The notes below the pieces were generated by a model. It was not told the DNA's origin and ran no database searches. It was given only the letters and a program-made list of their open reading frames with translations. 36,426 bases of DNA, taken from sequence record SRR22947725_1570, one strand, 5' to 3'. Made by a program: the position numbers and the translations under genes. Positions 19,282 to 28,647 of the stretch are shown here, piece after piece (positions within the stretch are counted from its first letter, which is position 1; every line of letters starts with the position of its first letter).

Positions 19282-20379
19282 ATGACTAAACTTTTAGAAA
19301 ATAAAGTAGCGTTAATCACAGGAATTACGGGTCAAGACGGTTCCTACTTGGCCGAATTTTTAATTGAAAAAGGATATGAGGTGCATGGCATTATTCGACG
19401 CTCGTCTTCATTCAATACGGAACGTATAGAGCACCTATATATCGAAGAGCTGATACGTGACCTACACTCTGACAGAAAAGTTTCTCTGCATTATGGAGAC
19501 ATGACAGACTCTACAAACCTTATTCGTTTAATTCAAGAAATCAAACCCGATGAGATTTATAATCTTGCCGCACAGTCTCACGTAAAGGTTTCTTTCGATC
19601 TTCCTGAATACACAGCCGAAACAGATGCTGTTGGCACGCTACGGTTGTTAGAAGCCGTTCGCATATGTGGTCTAGTTGATAAGACACGAATTTATCAAGC
19701 ATCAACTTCTGAGCTGTATGGGAAGGTTCAAGAAATACCCCAAACAGAAACGACACCTTTTTATCCACGATCGCCGTATGGGGTTGCAAAAATTTATGCT
19801 TTTTGGATTACAAAAAATTATCGTGAATCTTATGGGATGTATGCTGTTAATGGTATTTTGTTTAACCATGAATCTGAACGCAGAGGTGAAACATTTGTTA
19901 CGCGCAAAATTACTTTAGCCGCTGCTCGAATAGCTGCAGGTAAACAAGACAAGTTATACCTTGGAAACCTAGACTCGCTTCGTGATTGGGGTTATGCAAA
20001 AGACTATGTAAAGTGTATGTGGTTAATGCTCCAGCACGATACTCCTGAGGACTTTGTTATTGCTACGGGAATCCAACATTCGGTACGTGCATTTTGTACC
20101 CTTGCTTTTAAGGAAGTCGGTATTACCCTTAAATGGGAAGGAAATGGCGTTAAGGAAAAAGGCGTATGTGTTGCCACTGGAAAAGTTTATATTGAAGTTG
20201 ATCCAAAGTATTACCGCCCAGCAGAAGTGGAAACGCTTCTTGGAGACCCAACGAAAGCAAGAGAAGTTTTGGGATGGAACCCTAACGAAACCTCTTTTGA
20301 GGGTTTGGTCAAGATAATGGTCAAGCACGATATGGAGTTAGCCAATAAAGAAACGACCATTAAGAAATCCCACGACTAA
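19282..20379 (+). CDS. gmd: GDP-mannose 4,6-dehydratase
   Basis: [42 protein letters not shown] and FVTRKIT. Confidence 0.97.
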   Translation: MTKLLENKVALITGITGQDGSYLAEFLIEKGYEVHGIIRRSSSFNTERIEHLYIEELIRDLHSDRKVSLHYGDMTDSTNLIRLIQEIKPDEIYNLAAQSHVKVSFDLPEYTAETDAVGTLRLLEAVRICGLVDKTRIYQASTSELYGKVQEIPQTETTPFYPRSPYGVAKIYAFWITKNYRESYGMYAVNGILFNHESERRGETFVTRKITLAAARIAAGKQDKLYLGNLDSLRDWGYAKDYVKCMWLMLQHDTPEDFVIATGIQHSVRAFCTLAFKEVGITLKWEGNGVKEKGVCVATGKVYIEVDPKYYRPAEVETLLGDPTKAREVLGWNPNETSFEGLVKIMVKHDMELANKETTIKKSHD

Positions 20380-21459
20380 ATGGATAAATTGGCTAAAATA
20401 TATGTTGCAGGACATAGAGGCTTAGTGGGCAGTGCGTTGTGCAAGGTCTTGCAGCAAAAAGGATATACAAACCTAATTTATCATACCCACGCTGAGTTGG
20501 ACTTGACCGATCAAAAAGCCGTTGAAGCATTCTTTGCTAAAGAAAAGCCAGAATATGTCTTTCTCGCTGCAGCAAAAGTAGGCGGTATAGTTGCCAACAA
20601 CACGTATAGGGCAGATTTCATTTATCAAAATATGATGATTCAAAACAACGTGATTCATCAAAGTTATGTACATGGCGTAAAGAAGCTGTTGTTTTTGGGA
20701 AGTACGTGTATTTATCCAAAAGAATGCTCACAACCCATGCGTGAAGACGCCTTATTAACAGGCCCGTTGGAATATACGAACGAGCCATACGCCATTGCCA
20801 AAATAGCAGGCATTAAAATGTGTGAAAGCTATAATGTACAGTACGGCACGAATTTTATTTCCGTGATGCCTACAAATTTGTATGGGCCAAACGATAATTT
20901 TGATTTAGAGACATCGCATGTATTACCAGCCTTACTACGCAAAATGATCTTAGGGAAGTATTTACAAAACAATGACCTTGATGCTGTTAAATCCGACCTA
21001 GAAAAGAGACCCATAGAAGGCATTGACCACACAGCTTCTGAGGAGCAAATCTTGAATGCCCTAAGTAAATACGGAGTTAGAAGAAATAATGAAACGGTGG
21101 AAGTTGAAATATGGGGCACAGGCGCGCCGATGCGCGAGTTTTTATACAGCGAAGACATGGCAGATGCTTGTGTGCACATCATGCAAAGAGTTGACTTTAA
21201 GGACACCTATGACAACAGCCAAAAAGAAGTGCGCAATACACATATTAACATTGGAACAGGAAAAGAGAATTCGATTAAAGAACTAGCCGAAACGATTCAA
21301 GAAATCGTTGGGTTTAAAGGCAAGCTGTATTTTAACACTTCAAAACCTGATGGAACCATGCGGAAGTTGACCGAGGTTTCAAAGCTTATGGATTTTGACT
21401 GGAAGGCTACATTTCAATTAAAACAAGGGATAGAAAAGGAATTAAAACAATATAAATGA
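20380..21459 (+). CDS. fcl: GDP-L-fucose synthase
   Basis: [62 protein letters not shown] and KPDGTMRK. Confidence 0.96.
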   Translation: MDKLAKIYVAGHRGLVGSALCKVLQQKGYTNLIYHTHAELDLTDQKAVEAFFAKEKPEYVFLAAAKVGGIVANNTYRADFIYQNMMIQNNVIHQSYVHGVKKLLFLGSTCIYPKECSQPMREDALLTGPLEYTNEPYAIAKIAGIKMCESYNVQYGTNFISVMPTNLYGPNDNFDLETSHVLPALLRKMILGKYLQNNDLDAVKSDLEKRPIEGIDHTASEEQILNALSKYGVRRNNETVEVEIWGTGAPMREFLYSEDMADACVHIMQRVDFKDTYDNSQKEVRNTHINIGTGKENSIKELAETIQEIVGFKGKLYFNTSKPDGTMRKLTEVSKLMDFDWKATFQLKQGIEKELKQYK

Positions 21460-22124
21460 TTAAAGTAGCTGCATTATTGCCAATGAAAGGCATTTCTGAG
21501 AGGGTACCAGGGAAAAACTTAAAATTTTTTAATGGAAAGCCTTTATATTATTGGGTTTTGAACACACTTTTGAGTTCTGAAAAGATTTCAACAGTTTACA
21601 TCAATACAGATTGCGAAAAAATCACACAGGATGTGATGTATAATTTTAAAGAAAGAGTTTGCATAATCAATAGACCTAAAGAGCTTCAAGGGAATTATGT
21701 TTCTATGAATAAAATTATTGAACACGACATTTCAAAAATTGACAGTGTTTATTTTTTACAAACGCACAGCACGAACCCGTTATTAACAAAAAAGTCATTA
21801 GAAAATGCAATAGAAAAATATTTTGAAAATTTAGATGAAGGGAAATCGGACAGTTTGTTTACAGTGACTAAAGTTCAAAAACGGTTTTACACTTCTGACT
21901 TTAAACCGCTCAATCACGACCCAACTATGTTGGTAACCCAGCATTTAGAACCTATTTTTGAGGAAAACTCATGTTTGTATCTTTTCTCAAGAGACTCTTT
22001 TTTTCTAGCAAACAATAGAATCGGAAAAAACCCAGCGATGTTTCAAATAAGTCAACACGAAGCCATAGACATTGACACCCCAGAGGATTTTGCAATAGCT
22101 GAATCAATAATTAAAGAAGCGTAA
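21456..22124 (+). CDS. Acylneuraminate/ulosonate cytidylyltransferase family protein (NeuA/KdsB-like)
   Basis: [17 protein letters not shown] (variant of IPARxGSKRxxxKN), STNPLL, ENSCLY and DIDTPEDF. Confidence 0.88.
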   Translation: MIKVAALLPMKGISERVPGKNLKFFNGKPLYYWVLNTLLSSEKISTVYINTDCEKITQDVMYNFKERVCIINRPKELQGNYVSMNKIIEHDISKIDSVYFLQTHSTNPLLTKKSLENAIEKYFENLDEGKSDSLFTVTKVQKRFYTSDFKPLNHDPTMLVTQHLEPIFEENSCLYLFSRDSFFLANNRIGKNPAMFQISQHEAIDIDTPEDFAIAESIIKEA

Positions 22125-22125
22125 T

Positions 22126-22914
22126 ATGAATACATTTAACCATAGGTCTAGTCTTTTAAAATCGAAAGTGACCTCCAAACAACTAACATTTGGTTCTTGG
22201 GTAACCATTCCACATCAATCTATAATAGAAATTTTATCATCGGCAGGTTTTGAGTGGCTTGTGCTTGACTTGGAACATTCTGCTATTGATTTTCAAAAAA
22301 CACAAGAAATGATGGGGCATATTCAAGGTCAGGGCATGCAGGGGTTGGTAAGGGTGTCTTCAAACGACCCAGTTGTAATTAAAAGATCAATGGATATTGG
22401 CGCTGATGGAGTTATAATTCCAATGGTTTTAAACCAAGATGAAGCAAAAAAAGCCGTTGATGCTGTCCGCTATCCGCCTTTGGGAAGTCGCGGGGTAGGT
22501 CTTTCTAGGGCACAACATTATGGAACAGGTTTTCTTTCTTATAATGAATGGGTGAATAATCAATCTGTGGTAATTGTTCAAATAGAACACATTGATGCAG
22601 TCAACAATTTAGAACCTATACTTGAAGTCGATGGAGTTGACGGCATAATTGTTGGTCCCTATGATTTATCAGCATCATTAGGGAAGCCCGGAAAGTTTGA
22701 TGATGCAGAGATTATAGATGCTTTAAAACGTATAGAAGAAGTATCTTCTAGATATAATAAATCATTGGGGTATCATGTGATAAACCCAAGCCACCATGAT
22801 GTAATGTCAAAGGTTAATCAAGAATACAATTTTATTGCGTTTAGTTTGGACTTCTTCTTTTTAGGGGATAAAGTAAGGGGCGAAATGCATAACTTAAGAC
22901 AAAAACTTAAGTAA
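22126..22914 (+). CDS. HpcH/HpaI-family class II pyruvate aldolase (GarL/RhmA-like)
   Basis: LDLEHS, LVRV, YPPLGSRGVG, VQIE and GPYDLSASLG; the catalytic His and Arg and the metal-binding Glu and Asp appear intact. Confidence 0.92.
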   Translation: MNTFNHRSSLLKSKVTSKQLTFGSWVTIPHQSIIEILSSAGFEWLVLDLEHSAIDFQKTQEMMGHIQGQGMQGLVRVSSNDPVVIKRSMDIGADGVIIPMVLNQDEAKKAVDAVRYPPLGSRGVGLSRAQHYGTGFLSYNEWVNNQSVVIVQIEHIDAVNNLEPILEVDGVDGIIVGPYDLSASLGKPGKFDDAEIIDALKRIEEVSSRYNKSLGYHVINPSHHDVMSKVNQEYNFIAFSLDFFFLGDKVRGEMHNLRQKLK

Positions 22915-22916
22915 TT

Positions 22917-23777
22917 ATGAAAATAGTAGTTTTTGGCGGCGCAGGATTTTTAGGTTCATATGTGGTAGAGGAATTAATAAAAAGAGGCTACGAGGTAACC
23001 GTTGCCGACTTATTTCAACATACTGCTGAAGCATCATTTAAAAAATGTGATATTATTAATGAAAATGAAGTTAAAAGTATATTCACTCAACAATATGATG
23101 TTGTTTACAATTTTGCAGGGTTTTCGTCTTTAGATTTAGCTAATCAACACCCAAAAAAAGTATTAGAACTCAATGTTATGGGAAATCTTAACATACTTAC
23201 CCACATAAAACCCTCTAAGATAAAGCGTTTTGTTTTTGCATCCAGTGCATATGCAATGAGCGATAAGGGAACCTTTTATGGAATCAGTAAATTGACTTCT
23301 GAAAAAGTAATCGAGCAATTTGGGAAGACACAGAACCTACCGTTTACAATTCTTCGTTATGGCTCTGTTTATTCAGATAAAAACTTTCCCAACAATTATA
23401 TCTATAATTTAATTGCGGAAGCAATAAAAACTAACAAAATTATTCATGGTGGAGATGGCTTAGAATTGCGCGAATATATTCATGCTGAAGACGCAGCAAA
23501 TTTGTCATGTGATATTATTGAAGATGATTCACACAAAGGTGAAAACTATATTATTACAGGGAACACAAAGATTAAACGAATTGACTTATTCCATATGATT
23601 AATGAGATTCTTAACAACAAACTACAAATCGATTGCCTAGATAATTCCTACAAAAATCATTATAAATTAACACCGTACTCTTTTCAGCCAACAACATGCA
23701 AAAAGCTTACGCCGAATCCTCATATAGAATTAGGACAAGGATTGTTAAGGTGTGTCCAAAAAATAAGCGATGAATAG
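22917..23777 (+). CDS. NAD-dependent epimerase/dehydratase (extended SDR)
   Basis: FGGAGFLGS, FASS, YGISK (YxxxK), LRYGSVY and REYIHAED. Confidence 0.88.
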   Translation: MKIVVFGGAGFLGSYVVEELIKRGYEVTVADLFQHTAEASFKKCDIINENEVKSIFTQQYDVVYNFAGFSSLDLANQHPKKVLELNVMGNLNILTHIKPSKIKRFVFASSAYAMSDKGTFYGISKLTSEKVIEQFGKTQNLPFTILRYGSVYSDKNFPNNYIYNLIAEAIKTNKIIHGGDGLELREYIHAEDAANLSCDIIEDDSHKGENYIITGNTKIKRIDLFHMINEILNNKLQIDCLDNSYKNHYKLTPYSFQPTTCKKLTPNPHIELGQGLLRCVQKISDE

Positions 23778-24444
23778 AATTTCTTACCCAAAAAGTCAAT
23801 TTCCACATTCTGCAGCAAACCATGTAGCGAATCAGCTTACAAAAAGTCTTAAGAAAAAGAACAGTATAAATGTTGCCCTATCGGGAGGGAATTCACCATT
23901 ACCTGTTTACGAAGCACTTAAAGACTTTTCAATCGACTGGAAACGCATTTCATTTTTTCTAGTTGATGAAAGGGCGGTTCCTGTAACTGATTCTCAAAAT
24001 AACTTTGGAAACATTAATAAGGCAATTTTTGAGCACATCCCTAGTAAAGCATACTGTGTTCACGATGGCACAAAACCTCCTGAAATAAGCGCTGAAGAAT
24101 ATGAGGGGAATCTTTTAAAAAACATTCCAAAAGCTAACGGCCACGTTCAGTTTGATCTTATTTTACTCGGTATGGGATTAGACGGGCATATTGCGTCTCT
24201 TTTCCCAAAAAATAAAGCACTTAATGAAGTGTCAAAAGCTGTAGTACACACCTACGTTAATCAATTAAATTCCACCAGAATATCGTTGACGTTGCCAATT
24301 ATTAATAATGCTTTTAGAAGAATACTTTTAATTGACTCTAAAAAAGAAAAGCTGTTTAAGACTAACGCCTGGAAAACATTGCCAATTGGTCTTGTCGAAA
24401 CTGAAAATATGGATAGAATAATTAGCGAGCTAGATGAAAATTAA
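23770..24444 (+). CDS. pgl: 6-phosphogluconolactonase family protein (DevB/Pgl-type)
   Basis: ALSGGNSP, LVDERAVP, LLGMGLDGHIASLFP and RISLTLP. Confidence 0.85.
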   Translation: MNRISYPKSQFPHSAANHVANQLTKSLKKKNSINVALSGGNSPLPVYEALKDFSIDWKRISFFLVDERAVPVTDSQNNFGNINKAIFEHIPSKAYCVHDGTKPPEISAEEYEGNLLKNIPKANGHVQFDLILLGMGLDGHIASLFPKNKALNEVSKAVVHTYVNQLNSTRISLTLPIINNAFRRILLIDSKKEKLFKTNAWKTLPIGLVETENMDRIISELDEN

Positions 24445-25084
24445 ATCTCTTTTTTTTGATTTTGACGGAGTAATTGCGGATTCAGTTGGATGCAAAACAG
24501 AAGCCTTCAGAGACATCTACCTTCCTTACGGGGAAGAAATTGCCAGTAAAGTTGTAGACCACCATTTGAAAAATGGTGGAATATCCAGGTTTGAAAAGTT
24601 TGTTACTTATCACGCTGACTTTTTAGGAAAGACAATCAGTCAAAATGAACTTAATAACCTTTGTGAAAAATTTTCAAGTTTAGTTATTGATAAGGTAATT
24701 GAAAGCAAGGAGATAAACGGATTTTCAGAGTTTATTAAACTTCACGGCAAAAAATTCAATAAATGGATAATAACTGGAACCCCTACAACTGAAATAATTA
24801 ATATTCTAAAACGACGTAACATGGATGACATTTTTGTTGACGCTTTCGGATCACCAGAAAAAAAAGGGTATTGGACAGAACAGATTATTAAAAATCATAA
24901 TTTAAATAGAGACGAAATCGTATTTCTAGGTGATGCAAAAGCAGACTTTGAAGCTTCCCAAGCCTCAGGGTTAAAATTTATTTTGCACAGAAGTGAAGCT
25001 AGTGGAAAGTATTTTGACGACAAGCAATTTACAGAAATGAATGATTATCATGATTTATGGAATATCCTAAACAATTTTAAATGA
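24434..25084 (+). CDS. HAD-superfamily phosphatase
   Basis: FDFDGVIADS (motif I), ITGTP (motif II), Lys in SPEKK (motif III) and LGDAKAD (motif IV). Confidence 0.9.
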   Translation: MKIKSLFFDFDGVIADSVGCKTEAFRDIYLPYGEEIASKVVDHHLKNGGISRFEKFVTYHADFLGKTISQNELNNLCEKFSSLVIDKVIESKEINGFSEFIKLHGKKFNKWIITGTPTTEIINILKRRNMDDIFVDAFGSPEKKGYWTEQIIKNHNLNRDEIVFLGDAKADFEASQASGLKFILHRSEASGKYFDDKQFTEMNDYHDLWNILNNFK

Positions 25085-26025
25085 TTAACGTACTTGTGAC
25101 TACGACGTCCTTTCAGGACACTCCAGGAATGCACCATGATCTGTTAGAAAGGCAAGGGTGGAAACTGAAGATACTAAGAGGGCCATTACCTGAAAAAATA
25201 TTGTTGCCAATTGTTGATCAATATGACGCCGTAATTTGTGGTGATGACGACTATACCGAAGCGGTTTTAAAAAAAGGCAAAAAAGGCAAACTAAAGGCAA
25301 TCTCTAAATATGGCGTGGGACTTGACAAGATTGACCTTAAAGCAGCAAAAAAACTTGGAATAACAGTTACAAATTGTCCTGCAGTAAACCCCCCTTCAGT
25401 TTCCGAACACGTAATCGCCCTTCTTTTATCTTTTGCAAGAAACATTCCAATTCATGCCCAAAATTTTAACAATTCCAAATGGGAAAGGATGACAGGAATA
25501 GAAATTATGGGTAAAACTGCTGGAATAATTGGACTCGGCGCTATTGGGCGTGAGTTGTGTCCAAAACTCCATGGGCTTGGTCTAAAAGTCATGGCTTTTG
25601 ACCTCAACCCTGACAAAGCATTTACGGACAAGCACAAGTACCTTGAGGTTGTAGATGCTTTAGAAAATATTTTCAAGGAGTCAGATATAATTACACTACA
25701 TACCCCCCTAAATGACAACACGAAGCACATCATTAGCCGTGAAGTTATTTCTAAAACGCTCAAAAAAAAGCCAATAATTATCAATACGGCACGGGGAGAG
25801 CTTGTTGACAGCCATGCAATTGTCGATGGTATAAAGGAAGGTAAAATAAAAGGGTACTTGGCAGATGTACTTAAAGAAGAACCGTTATCAAAAAACGAAC
25901 CTCTTTTAGCGTGTGAAAATGTCATTATAACACCACACGTAGGATCCAGAACCTTCGAAAGTGTGCAGAGGCAAGGTACAATGGCGGTGAATAATTTGAT
26001 TGAGTTGGTAGAAAAATGGACATAA
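25081..26025 (+). CDS. D-isomer-specific 2-hydroxyacid dehydrogenase (SerA-like, no ACT domain)
   Basis: KYGVGLDKID, GIIGLGAIG, TLHTPL, INTARG, DVLKEEP and ITPHVGS. Confidence 0.9.
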   Translation: MINVLVTTTSFQDTPGMHHDLLERQGWKLKILRGPLPEKILLPIVDQYDAVICGDDDYTEAVLKKGKKGKLKAISKYGVGLDKIDLKAAKKLGITVTNCPAVNPPSVSEHVIALLLSFARNIPIHAQNFNNSKWERMTGIEIMGKTAGIIGLGAIGRELCPKLHGLGLKVMAFDLNPDKAFTDKHKYLEVVDALENIFKESDIITLHTPLNDNTKHIISREVISKTLKKKPIIINTARGELVDSHAIVDGIKEGKIKGYLADVLKEEPLSKNEPLLACENVIITPHVGSRTFESVQRQGTMAVNNLIELVEKWT

Positions 26026-27797
26026 GTGAGAGCTATAGCAAGTATACGTGCTGGATTTTCCCTATCATAGGGCTTTATCCAATACTTAAACTTAATTATT
26101 CCACGCCACTTCTAATCCTTCTCTTTCTACACATAGTTTTAAAGCAAAGACCTCAAATAACGACAAGTTCTGTTAGAAGTGTAGCCCTACTTACGGCATT
26201 TTTAGCTTATTTTTTGATTACGTTATCTTATTCTAATAATTTTACGCAAGGTATAAACGAGTGGATTAGACTCATGCCACTTCTTTTAATCCCTCCCTTT
26301 ATTTTCTTTTGGAATTTTTCAATATCCCCTAGCGAAAAAACAAACTTTATTAAAATTTTTGTTTTTAGTAATATAGTTTTTTGTTTTTTGCTGCTATATA
26401 TCTTGGGTTTTTTTGACTCAATTAAAGGAAGCTTAGCGGAAGAGATAAGCGCACGTTTTTTATCTGATTATGCACAAAAAATCATTCATTCAAAAGACAA
26501 CCCATTGTTTGGATGGTTGTTTGTTAATAAGGCTTACTTCTCGATGAATACTATCATGGCTCTTTTTCTGGTTTTTCAACTTCATATACAAACACCCATT
26601 AAGCTTCTAATTTCATCATTATTTGTGTTTGTTATTCTTTACTCTTTTTCTGTGCCTAACGTTTTTGTACTTGTTTTGATAAGCATTTTTGTTGGAACTA
26701 AGCTGTGGTCAATTGGCACGATTCTACAAAAGGCATCACTTTTCTTAGTAGCTGTAGGGCTAATTTTAACAATAGTTTATAAACTCAATACCCGTGACAT
26801 CAATAAGGCAGTTGTTTTTGCTAATGAATTTTTTGAGGCAGATCAAAGTGAAGGGAACGACCCTAGAAAAGCAATTTACCATTCCGCACTAGAAATATAT
26901 CGCGAATACCCGATGGGCGTTGGAATTGGTGCTACACAAACAAAATTAGATGAAAAGTATAAAAACCGAATTGATGGCGACGCCAATCAGCTATTATTCA
27001 CGGAAGAATTAAATGATGATTACTGGTTTAAAAACAATGTAATTGTAGAAAAAAACACATTAATCTCGCCTGACGATATTGAAAATGCAGAGATTATTGC
27101 TACCGTTCCCGGAGGTAGTCCAAAAGGCTTTTCATTATCAAAGTCTATACAAGTTAATTCCTCAGAACAATATACGTTATCTGCCTACTTAAAGCCTATT
27201 GGTAAGGTTGTTGGGATTCTTCGTTTTGGTGACTTGTCAAGCGGAAGGGTAAATATTAATTTTGCCCAAAACAACATTTCTTTTAAAGGGAGCGAAATCA
27301 CGGATGTATTATTAATGGAAGAGCCCGACGGCTGGTACAGGGTGGCAATTACTACTGCCTTAGACAGCGGAAACCACAATTTGCTTTTAGGAATAACAAA
27401 CACTACAGAGGGCTACAACATGACTGCAACCAAAGCGCTCAAAATGGGCGCCTGGGGGATACAACTTAATAAAGGACAAGAGGTCTTGCCATATTCACGA
27501 AGCACGAAAGACTTGTATGATTATGCGTACAGAAATAGGCTAAACACACACAATTACTTTTTACACGTCTTGATGATTGGTGGACCCGTAGCGTTATTTT
27601 TGTTTCTGGTTTATTTAGGCAAAATGGCCACAGATTTTTATAAAACTAATAATACAATCTCATTAGTTTTTTTTGGACTACTGGTTATTAACATGTTAAG
27701 CGAAAATATTTTGTTCAGACACGCAGGGATTTTTTTTGTAACAGTTTTTATGTTATTTAGCTACGCTCACAGACCTTACTCACAAACACAACATTAA
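26016..27797 (+). CDS. O-antigen ligase/Wzy_C family membrane protein with a large inserted soluble domain
   Basis: Multiple TM helices; DPRKAIY...PMGVGIG and NTHNYFL...GG motifs, separated by a ~170-aa hydrophilic insert. Confidence 0.78.
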   Translation: MDISESYSKYTCWIFPIIGLYPILKLNYSTPLLILLFLHIVLKQRPQITTSSVRSVALLTAFLAYFLITLSYSNNFTQGINEWIRLMPLLLIPPFIFFWNFSISPSEKTNFIKIFVFSNIVFCFLLLYILGFFDSIKGSLAEEISARFLSDYAQKIIHSKDNPLFGWLFVNKAYFSMNTIMALFLVFQLHIQTPIKLLISSLFVFVILYSFSVPNVFVLVLISIFVGTKLWSIGTILQKASLFLVAVGLILTIVYKLNTRDINKAVVFANEFFEADQSEGNDPRKAIYHSALEIYREYPMGVGIGATQTKLDEKYKNRIDGDANQLLFTEELNDDYWFKNNVIVEKNTLISPDDIENAEIIATVPGGSPKGFSLSKSIQVNSSEQYTLSAYLKPIGKVVGILRFGDLSSGRVNINFAQNNISFKGSEITDVLLMEEPDGWYRVAITTALDSGNHNLLLGITNTTEGYNMTATKALKMGAWGIQLNKGQEVLPYSRSTKDLYDYAYRNRLNTHNYFLHVLMIGGPVALFLFLVYLGKMATDFYKTNNTISLVFFGLLVINMLSENILFRHAGIFFVTVFMLFSYAHRPYSQTQH

Positions 27798-27830
27798 AAT
27801 CAAGGAAATTTAATTATAAAACTACGTAAC

Positions 27831-28598
27831 ATGGTGAAAGATTATTTGAAGAGATTATTTTATCGGGTTCAACAACTTTTTTTTGGAATAGGAGAAATTA
27901 ATAAGGGTAATCAGGGTAAAATAAACTTTATTGATGTGGGCTCTGTTGGAAGGTTACCCCAGCCATGGCTGTCAAACTCTCATTTCATTAAAAATGCACT
28001 TCTTTTTGAACCGAATGAATCACAAAACTTAAAAGATAACATCATAAAGTTAGATGTTGCCTTATGGAAAAATGAGGAAGAAAAGGACTTTCATGTGTAT
28101 AAAAACTCACACGGCTCATCTCTTTTTTTACAAAACTATGAGTTTGTAGAAAATAAATTTGACGAATTAAACACAAAGGGTAATAAAAAATTAAACATGT
28201 CATGGCATAAACGTAGTAAGCGGGTTAAAACAATAAAATTAAAATGTAAAACACTTGATAAGGTTTTAGAAAGACATAACCCAAGAGACATCCCTTTCCA
28301 CTTTTTAAAGGTTGATGCTCAAGGTGCAGAATATGAGATATTATTGGGGGCAAAAAACTTTATTAATTCAGACAATTGTATCGGAATGCAGCTAGAATTA
28401 TTTAACATTCCAATGTATAAAGGAATTAAGCTTAAAAAAGAGGTAATTGACTTTCTCGATAATGCAGGGTACAAAATTTTAAAAGAACTCCCCTCCCATG
28501 GGTCTTTTTTGTCGCAAAATGACGTTGTATTTATTAAGAAAGATATAAAGGATCAATTTATTCCTTTAGCGGAACTTATTCATAGGGTTTATAAATAA
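27831..28598 (+). CDS. FkbM family methyltransferase
   Basis: FIDVGSVG, LFEP, GSSLF, TLDKVL and FLKVDAQGAEYEILLG. Confidence 0.85.
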   Translation: MVKDYLKRLFYRVQQLFFGIGEINKGNQGKINFIDVGSVGRLPQPWLSNSHFIKNALLFEPNESQNLKDNIIKLDVALWKNEEEKDFHVYKNSHGSSLFLQNYEFVENKFDELNTKGNKKLNMSWHKRSKRVKTIKLKCKTLDKVLERHNPRDIPFHFLKVDAQGAEYEILLGAKNFINSDNCIGMQLELFNIPMYKGIKLKKEVIDFLDNAGYKILKELPSHGSFLSQNDVVFIKKDIKDQFIPLAELIHRVYK

Positions 28599-28647
28599 CT
28601 TTTTAAAATGAAGCTTTTAAATAAGTCGCGTTAAGAAAAAATCAAGC

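Noticed and set aside
20950-21100. ~45-aa insertion in Fcl relative to the E. coli enzyme
   Set aside because: From recall this longer form is common in Bacteroidota and is not specific to this locus.
27877-27884. T8 and other A/T homopolymer runs in cassette genes as possible phase-variation tracts
   Set aside because: Expected in AT-rich DNA; reading frames are intact, and I saw no long G/C tracts or tandem repeats.
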